From Octopus vulgaris (Eukaryota), in the NCBI GenBank assembly GCA_951406725.2, contig OX597814.1, forward strand, positions 125,178,001 through 125,242,000: a DNA stretch of 64,000 bases, read 5' to 3'. The position numbers and the translations under genes are program-made. Each line of letters opens with the position of its first letter. The stretch's first letter is position 1. Under the pieces are notes generated by a model. That model did not search any database and had not been told where the DNA came from. It saw only the letters and a program-made list of their open reading frames with translations. Shown here piece after piece: positions 55,005-64,000 of the stretch.

Positions 55005-56046
55005 CATGCATTCATCTTCTGAAGGCTAACTCATCTAAATGATTTTGTAAGCTTCAAAACAAATATGAACAGAAGGAGCGAGGTCCGAGAAATAAGGCAA
55101 GTGAAGGATTTTTTCCAGACAAGTTCTTCAATTTTTTCTGACGTAATTTTTGCAGTGTGAAGCTATGCATTATCTTGATGAAACGCCACTCACGATTTAC
55201 CAAAGCAGGCCTATTTTTCAACAAAACAACATTGTTGGGAATAAGTGTGAGCAGAAATCACTGCATTGGTTGGTAGCAGCTCAAAATAGATGATTCCAAT
55301 GCAGTCATACCAAACAGGAAGAAAAACCTTTTTTTTTTGCAGGGGATCCTTTTTTGGTTGTAGATTAACCTGTTCTTCGCAACCAAACCATTGCTTGCAT
55401 TACTTAACATTATCATAAAAGAATTCAGTTTTCATCACCAGTCGCTAATCTGTCCAAAAATGGTGAGAAACGTTCACGAAAGTGAAGAGATGAGCAGATA
55501 TCCACTCGTGATTTTCGTTTGGCTTCCGTCAAATCATGGGGAACCCATTTTCTGAGTTTGGGCGCATTTCCAAGCTGTTGAAGATGGCAGTAAACAGTTG
55601 AATAGCTTTAATTGAGATTACTTTCCAGTTCTTCAACTAACACAACATTATCCTTCTCAAGCCCATCATCAAATTCAACAGAGCTTCTCTCTTAGGCTGA
55701 AATTAACATTTTTGAAGATTGCAAATCATCTTCTGCAACTTCTTTGGTTCAAGCACTCTTCCCCATAAACAGAATGGATATTTCGGGTAGCTTTTGCTGC
55801 ACTGTTTTCCCTTTTCAACTCATAAAGCGTTATGCACTTTAAATGTTCCTTCCATACGTCTATTTTTGAGGAGTTAATATTAGTAATTAATTCAGTCAGA
55901 CTATTCTATAAAAATAAATTATATCATATTAATGGTTTCCAGATTCATTTACGTATAAATCAATACCATTTGACGTTTTAAAATACTGTAAAATTTGGTG
56001 GAAATTACGTAATAAAATTCTGGACATTATTTATGGGATGACTTGA
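55005..56046 (-). mobile_element. Decayed mariner (DD34D-type) transposon, one TIR retained
   Basis: SAAKATRNIHSVYGEECL...KWVPHDLTE...FLDRLATGDE...FHQDNA.LHTAK. TIR-like end ggacattatttatgggatgacttga followed by TA at 56047-56048. Confidence 0.92.
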
Positions 56047-56074
56047 TACATACATACATACATACACACATACT

Positions 56075-56502
56075 AAAAAGGAGTACTGGTGGAATGTCTC
56101 AGTGAAGACCTCAATAAAATGTAAGCACAACAGACCTGATATAATGGTTTGGGATGGAGAAGAGAAACTATAGTTGTGGAAATTAGCTGCTCAGCGAATA
56201 TTAACATAAAGCTGAAGAACAGTGAAAAAGAGAATACCTATGCTGAATTATTGAGAAATCTGCAGTTACTCTATTCAGGGCTCTGGTAACACACTGCCTA
56301 AATAACAATCTTGAGAAAAAAAGGCTTCTCAAAACAGAAAGGAGAAAGCTAATTCGAAGACAAAAAATCCAATCCATCACTAGAACTATAAAAATCTGTA
56401 AAACTTTCCAGAAGTTTATCATTTAAATATATATGAGCACGTCTAGATATTCAAATATTTGCATGAGGACACATACATAAAGCAAAAACATACAAATCTG
56501 CA
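56075..56502 (+). mobile_element. R4/Dong-type element 3' end (restriction-like endonuclease) flanked by (ACAT)n
   Basis: KEYWWNVSVKTSIKCKHNRPDIMVWDGEEKL / VVEISCSANINIKLKNSEKENTYAELLRNLQLLY / IQSITRTIKICKTFQKFII*. Confidence 0.88.
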
Positions 56503-57206
56503 CACATACATACATACATACATACATACATACAACACATACACATACATACATACATGCAAAAATACATACATACATACAAACATACATACATGCATAC
56601 ATACATACATACATATATACATACATACATACATACAAAAATACCTTGTTGATGTCGAAATTCCAATGAAGAAACCTTGGATCTAGGAGTTTAGCATTTC
56701 AAAGAAACCTACACATATACATACATGTATGTATGCATGCATACATACATACGTACATACATACATACATACATACAAACAAACATACATACATACATAC
56801 ATACATACATACATACATACATACATACATACATACATACATACATACATACATACACGCATACATACACGGGGGCGTTTTTGCGTGCAGGTGTGCGTGC
56901 GTACTCAGGATTTCGATAAATACTACTTATCGAGTGCATTCATGCCCTTCAAGGATTCATCCTAAATAGTGGGTTATTGAAAATTTATCCCTTTTATATA
57001 TGTGAGTTACTTCAAAAATGGCAAGAGCTGAATTTGTTTTCTTGGGTTTTTAAGAAAGAATGTTTTGGGATTGGTTATTTGAGACGTTGATGGCCATTTT
57101 GAATCTCTGTGTGTGTGTGTGTGTCTATATATATATATATATATTGGTAAAAACGGTAAGTTAACAAAAGAAAGAAAGAGACCTCGATATTATGTAAATA
57201 GAGGAA

Positions 57207-57396
<190 letters not shown>

Positions 57397-57695
57397 GGGG
57401 AATTTTAAAAGAAAGTATATATTAGAGATCTGTCGAGGTTTGGTTAGAGAAGGAAGAAAAAATTATAAAAAATGAAGAAATAGCGAAATAAAGAGGTGTT
57501 TTCTGGGATGGTTGCTTTGAGGACAAGTCAAAAGAGACCAAACAGTTTATTGCAATAAATTGTTGCCTCTTTTAGTCACTGAACGACTGACAGTATTCTT
57601 GGTCAACTATTAGGCTGCTTAGCTAGAGAATTCAACATATTGTTTGGAAACGCTTTTAAATGTGTGTGTGTGTGTCTGTGTGTGTGTGTGTCTGT

Positions 57696-57734
<39 letters not shown>

Positions 57735-57869
57735 GATTTTTCCAGTAATTTCGGTAACCGTAACGAGAACATCATTGATAATACCTAGAGATTATTTAGT
57801 TTGGCTCATCTGGAAAAGTAATTGTTTTTAATAAAAATTTCTCATGTTTTTATATATATATATACTTTT

Positions 57870-58112
57870 TACACGTTTATTTTCAGTGAAAATTTTTTAT
57901 AAAATGTATTTCTTTTTCTTTCCAGTATTTTGGGTCATCCCTTAGGGATTTGTGGTAAGGAAAACTCTTGAATCTTTTGTTTCTGCATCTTTCTAGACGT
58001 TTCCCCAACGGAATCTTACCTAATACTACTTGCCTAATATGCTGTCTATGAATTCTTGAACGTTGGCAAAGCCTCGCTAATATATTTCTCTTTGCAAATG
58101 GGACAAGTTCTA
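57870..58112 (-). mobile_element. Penelope-like GIY-YIG endonuclease C-terminal fragment
   Basis: TCPICKEKYISE, then after a frameshift QRSRIHRQHIR...IPLGKRLERC...FKSFPY...KEKEIHFIKKFSLKIN. Not in the supplied ORF track. Confidence 0.8.
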
Positions 58113-58527
58113 TTACTCTTTTTTCTCTTTTTACTTGTTTCAGTCATTTGACTGCGGCCATGCTGGAGCACCGCCTTTAGTCGAGCAAATCGACCCCGGG
58201 ACTTATTCTTTGTAAGCCCAGTACTTATTCAATCGGTCTCTTTTGCCGAACCGCTAAGTGACGGGGACGTAAACACACCAGCATCGGTTGTCAAGCAATG
58301 CTAGGGGAACAAACACAGACACACAAACATATTCACACACACTTATATATATATACATATATACGACAGGCTTCTTTCAGTTTCCGTCTACCAAATCCAC
58401 TCACAAAGCATTGGTCGGCCCGGGGCTATAGCAGAAGACACTTGCCCAAGATGCCACGCAGTGGGACTGAACCCGGAACCATGTGGTTGGTTAGCAAGCT
58501 ACTTACTAAACAGCCACTCCTGCGCCT
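58113..58527 (-). mobile_element. SINE family A, CpG-intact near-consensus copy
   Basis: Full-length reverse-complement match. Confidence 0.93.
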
Positions 58528-59315
58528 ATTAGGGTCTTTATTTTAGAGTTAATGTTTACATGTATTTGGAAGAAGAATCCACTTTTAAATTTTATTTGAA
58601 AACCAGTATCCAAATATTTGAAATTATTGTTGTTACTGTACTTCTATTGTCTCCAAGAATTTCACTTATTCTCTCAGTTTCCTTCTCTCTCACTCTCATT
58701 GTTGTTAACATTTCTATATCACCTTGTACTTTATTTAGATTCACAGTTGCAAAATCATTTGCATCTTTCTTTCACATAATTACATTTATATTTAAAATCA
58801 CATTTCTTTAATTTCTCTTCTATTTAAAATTACTTTATTATTCATGCGTGGCGCATCGCTAATAAATCGGAAAATTACATTTGGTCGTGACTATAATTTG
58901 AACTTACACCCACTACATTTGACTTCCCGCTTCAATTAATTTAAAAAGAAACGACAAACGATAAAAGATAGAGGGCGTCAGACAAGGACAAGAAAGAGGT
59001 GGTAATAGAATGAGAAACAGTCAGGCGGTAAGGGGAGTTTAAAGAGAGGAGGTAAAAAGGAGGCAGAGAGGTGAAAGAAATGCCGGTAGTATTTGTTGCA
59101 GCAATGGGGAGGAAGAAAAGACAATGAAAGAGCGATGAAAGAAAGAGAAAGCAAAGGATAAAGTGAGAGACTGGATGAAGTAAAGATTTCAACAAAGAGT
59201 AGTAAGAAGCAAGAAAGTAAAACACAATGGTACAGCACTGTGGTAACAGCAGAGAATAATCGATAGCTACATGCGAAAGTAAGTGATGGGGGTAGAGGGA
59301 CATGCATACACAAAT

Positions 59316-59725
<410 letters not shown>

Positions 59726-60397
59726 CGTGTATCTTTCACCAATGTATATTGACTGAAGATATAAACACCAACGAGGAAACAGAAAAAACCGGTGGTTTAA
59801 GAACAAAGTCCTTTGATATAGACTGAGTTTGAGGAAATCTCTTGTCAGTTTCGCCGACAGAAATACAATAAGTCAGCGATTGGTCTATTGGAAACATGTA
59901 ACCAACGACACTATCGATCAGAAACTGCGATATGAAATAAACAAACAAATATGATCCATACTGATGCAGACACACGCTTACAATGATGCATGTATGATGC
60001 AGCAACTCCTTTGCAGCTTCACCAGTTTACATCATGCTGCACATGTCATGGCAGCACATCATACAAAATGCATTTCTAACATTGCAGCACAGTGACACCA
60101 ACTTGCATTTACTGAGACAGCATGTTTGAGGCGCGCACATTTTATCTACAGTTCATTGCAACTGATCTTACTGGCGATATTTCTTACAGATGTTACTTTC
60201 TGAATGTACAGACGGTTGCAAAAAGTTAACATAAGCATCTGTAGTTACGTACTTATGTACGTATCTATGTTCGTAGATACGCACACGCGCACACATATAT
60301 TCAATCACATACAACATACATATATATAGACTTGTATTTATGATGTTGGTCTATATATGTATATAAATGCACACACATACACACACATATATATGCT

Positions 60398-60565
60398 AGG
60401 CGCAGGAGTGGCTGTGTGGTAGGTAGCTTGCTTACAAACCACATGGCTCTGGGTTCAGTCCCACTGCGTGGAACCTTGGGCAAGTGTCATCTACTATATC
60501 CTCAGGTCGATCAAAGCCTTGTGAGTGGATTTGGTAGACGGAAACCGAAAGAAACCCGTCGTATA
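60398..60565 (+). mobile_element. SINE family A, 5' half
   Basis: Head through gaaacccgtcg, ends at the internal microsatellite. Confidence 0.9.
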
Positions 60566-61547
60566 TATATATATATATATATATTTACATATATATACGT
60601 ACACACACACACACACACACACAGAGTAAACCAGATATCCGTCAGATATCTTTGAGTAACAATCTAGCAAAATGTGGTCGGAAAATATTTATAAGGCTTC
60701 CATTCTACAAAATACACAATCGAAGTGAAATTGATAGAAAAATCAGAGAAAAAAATTTTATCAATAAATTCCAACCCAAGCTAAATAAAGAATAATACTA
60801 ATACTTAGAGGTACTGTTTCTACAGTTACGACTACTACCATAAACAACAACAATACTAAAGGTGCTCTTGATGACGATAGCAGGAAAATACTACTTAAGT
60901 CAAGAGAAAAGTCAATAAAAATAATCTTATTTTGGTGATTAAAGTTCTATTACCACAGCTACTCCTATCACCACTACCAACAACAACAACGACAATAACG
61001 GAAATGATAATGGTGATGATGGTGATTAAAATGTAAAAATCCCTGGGAAATGTTTACAACATTTCAAAAATAGCCCAACAATTATTGCTTTGGCCAGGGT
61101 CAAAAATACAGGTCTCTTGACATGTTCAACAAACCATGGCGCCTAAAGAGAACACCAATCAACTTAAGTAATTTCGTAAAGCCACACACAGCTTGATCAG
61201 AATACAGTTTGCAAAAATTAACATTGTGGAGCCTATACAAATGTATTTAAGTCACACAGTTTAGCCATCTCACTACAGTTGTTAATTGTAAAGCATAACT
61301 GTTAGCACTACTACACGAACGTGAAGATTGCATAGTTTAATGCATGAAAGTACTAGTTCATTCAGAATGGACATTTCATATTCTATCATTTCATTATATT
61401 ACGTTATATTATATTATCATAAGATTGTGAATAAAACGTGAAAATCAAAGTTGGGATTTCTTTGAGCAACATATATATATATATATATATATACGTATAC
61501 ACACATATACACACACATACATACACACAAATATACACACTTATACG

Positions 61548-61584
<37 letters not shown>

Positions 61585-61749
61585 TACTACACCAACGTTT
61601 TTGTTGATTATTTTCTTTTCTTGCATCTGCATGTATACACGTATGTATGTACGTATCTATTATCTATCTATAGTACATACATATATATATATACATGCAT
61701 GTATACATATATAATATATATAATAAATATAATATATATATAATATATA

Positions 61750-61814
<65 letters not shown>

Positions 61815-61896
61815 GCAATTGCAGCGTGGAAGGTGTTTGTAAGCCATTTAAGAAACACACAAAAGCCGTTCGATTCACTTCAACATTTAAGTTTAA

Positions 61897-61947
61897 TTTG
61901 TCAAAATATTTTCGTCGCTATAAGACCGCGACCTGTTCACTGACAAA
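61897..61947 (-). ncRNA. Minimal type I hammerhead ribozyme, G3-C8 core variant
   Basis: Minus strand: TTTGTCA-GTGAACA-G-GTCGC(ggtcttata)GCGAC-GAA-AATATT-T-TGACAAA. Perfect stems I (7 bp) and II (5 bp), palindromic stem III. Lies in an about 220-bp element between (TA)n tracts. Confidence 0.75.
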
Positions 61948-62029
61948 AATCTGTGTTGCATCTCATTGTTTTCGTTCCAGCACACGATCTCAGATCAAAT
62001 CACTTGCTATGCAAGTACATCCCCCTTTA

Positions 62030-62129
<100 letters not shown>

Positions 62130-62764
62130 TATAGTCATCATTCGCCTGTGAACTGGCGAATGATAGTAGTCTCAATGAATATATAAATACATACTTACAC
62201 GCACACACACAAGCACACATACATATCATCGCACACGCACACACATACTCACTCACATGTATGTATATACGATTGTGGAAATATATATGTGTTCATATGT
62301 GTGTGTATATGTGTATGTATAAATATATTAGATTAGTTTAAATGAAGCCTTGAATAATGGACTGGGTAATATTTTTAGAAGCCAGTGTAACGCAAATTAA
62401 AAATACTGCAGTGAAACAAAAGGAAAATAAACTATCACTTTACATTTCCCTTATATTTCGAAAAACTTGATATTTCAAAAGAAAATGAAGAATGGAGGCA
62501 ATCTGGTATTTATATGTAAAATGTATGTATAATGAACAAACTGGTATTGTTATAATATCCAATCTATTTTGGATAGTTCGCTTCTATTGTTAACAGATGG
62601 GTTCAGTTTATTTATGTGGATAGTCTTGATCCTTAAATTACTAATGTTCCGTTCTTTACTTTGATGGTAGACATGATTTTTGTTGTACAGCATTTCTTCA
62701 AGAATTTTTTAACTGTATTCCTTGATGCAGATATGTAGTTTTCGGATAACTCTACCGATGCAGC

Positions 62765-63075
62765 ACCAGTATCAGTTCCTCTTGTGCTCTGGAGTATGTT
62801 GGCAGCAAGTTGACGTCATTGGTTTCTTTGGGCTGTAGTTTTCTCTGCGTCCAGCCATGTCGGTTATGAATGTTCTTTGCCTTGTAGTTTCGATCTTCCT
62901 CTCTTTTTCCGACCAATGGTGTCCATTTGAAACCTTTTTAGAATTGTTTTCTTCTGGTAGCCAGAGTACATGGCCCGCTAGTTTTAGTCTTCGTTCCGTG
63001 ATTATATGGCTAAGTGGTCTTGTATTGGCTCCCTTCTGAATACCGATTTAAGATCCGCGTCATTCTGCTCACTTC
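62765..63075 (-). mobile_element. RTE-type LINE ORF C-terminus
   Basis: TRPLSHIITERRLKLAGHVLWLPEE...RTFITDM...HKRN*. Confidence 0.8.
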
Positions 63076-63249
63076 ATACACCATCAAGTAATTATTTACG
63101 TGAGTAATGGGTAAGTTTTCTACTGTGAACACAACTAGCTGTCAACTCGGAATTGCCAGTCATAAATTTCCACAAGAACGGATTGAACTGTGGATTGCAT
63201 CGGTAGTTCCGTTGTCAAAATATGGCAGCCTCAAGAAGCACATGCCGTC

Positions 63250-63576
63250 TCTGGGAGTGTAAGACTTCCTTGGGGGATATTTTGGCAAGATGGCATTTGG
63301 CGAAAGATGATGTGTAGCTGTTGCCTAAAAAAATTTTAATCAGTTACTATTGATGACTTTATCTCCTACCTCACTACACTTGTTGTATATCCAATAAATT
63401 TTATTTTGTTTGTAAACTGCCTCAGCTTTATTGAGTACATCTGATTCATGCTGCACAAATAGGCTTCCTGCTGGCAGCTTCTCTATAAAAATTACATGGA
63501 TTCCTCCTCTGTAATCAATAGTAGGAAATCAAGCAGAGAGACAAAGAGGGACAGACACAGGTGGGAAGAGAGAGAG

Positions 63577-63611
<35 letters not shown>

Positions 63612-64000
63612 TGTTGAATTTCGAATTCGATGTGGTCGTCAATGTCGTTAAATTTGTGATATATGTTGGTTTCCAGGTGAGAGGGATTCGGTATAAAGAT
63701 ATCTACATACATGAAGAATAAGCCAAAAGAGCAGGCTAGCTTTCAAGCTGGTTCATGCTAGTGATGGTCTGACAAACCTGTTAGCTCCAACTCAAAGTTT
63801 CAACAAATAAAATTATGTAGCTGTAACAGCTGACAAAGCGACAGAGGTGGAGAGAAAGTCTCTGTTCTAATATTAGGAACATCTGAATTTAATGCATACG
63901 ATAGGGTTGGTATGTAGAATAGTAATTAAAAAGTTTCTGTCAAAGGGTAATCTCCAATACGGTGTTGTCCTGGATAGCTAAATCTCTGTAAATAATGCCG
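63250..64000 (-). mobile_element. Decayed Penelope-like RT fragment with a (GA)n expansion
   Basis: MYVDIFI...IYHKFNDIDDHIEFEIQH / (CT)n / ...NFYREAASRKP. Runs off the window edge. Confidence 0.75.

Noticed and set aside
59985-60075. Possible pre-miRNA-like hairpin (tgtatgatg/catcataca, tgcagc/gctgca)
   Set aside because: Large unpaired segments between the short stems; not a continuous miRNA-type duplex.
61130-61175. Strong Kozak ATG plus donor-like site (MAPKENTNQL)
   Set aside because: The overlapping frame reads LDMFNKPWRLKRTP, resembling a LINE RT motif, so it is probably an old retroelement fragment.
62137-62164. Perfect 10-bp GC-rich hairpin, possible Helitron 3' end
   Set aside because: No CTRR terminus at the expected position and no other Helitron hallmarks.

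Overview
AT-rich, microsatellite-laden eukaryotic DNA that is almost entirely interspersed repeats. The repeat families and composition point to a coleoid cephalopod, most likely Octopus (inference). No host protein-coding gene could be identified with confidence, and nearly all ORFs in the supplied track are microsatellite or SINE artefacts. Supported content: several tRNA-derived SINE families in many copies, some with target-site duplications; fragments of Penelope-like elements (RT with YIDD/YRDD, GIY-YIG); CR1, RTE and R4/Dong-type LINE fragments; decayed mariner and maT (DD37D-type) transposons; and several MITEs/inverted repeats. The most notable signal is a set of minimal type I hammerhead ribozymes in short, mutually unrelated, Penelope-pLTR-like repeats. 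One (61897-61947) has the core C3-G8 tertiary pair swapped to G3-C8, and a decayed relative (43708-43744) appears to have U3-A8. Also notable: a SINE whose head is an unspliced, intron-containing tRNA-Lys(UUU) joined to a CR1 3' tail; R4/Dong-type elements apparently targeting two different microsatellites; nested inverted repeats at 44-45 kb; and a CpG-depleted block (about 5.2-52.4 kb) suggesting a methylated gene body. All coordinates were counted by eye and repeat boundaries are approximate. SINE family letters A-E are my own labels.
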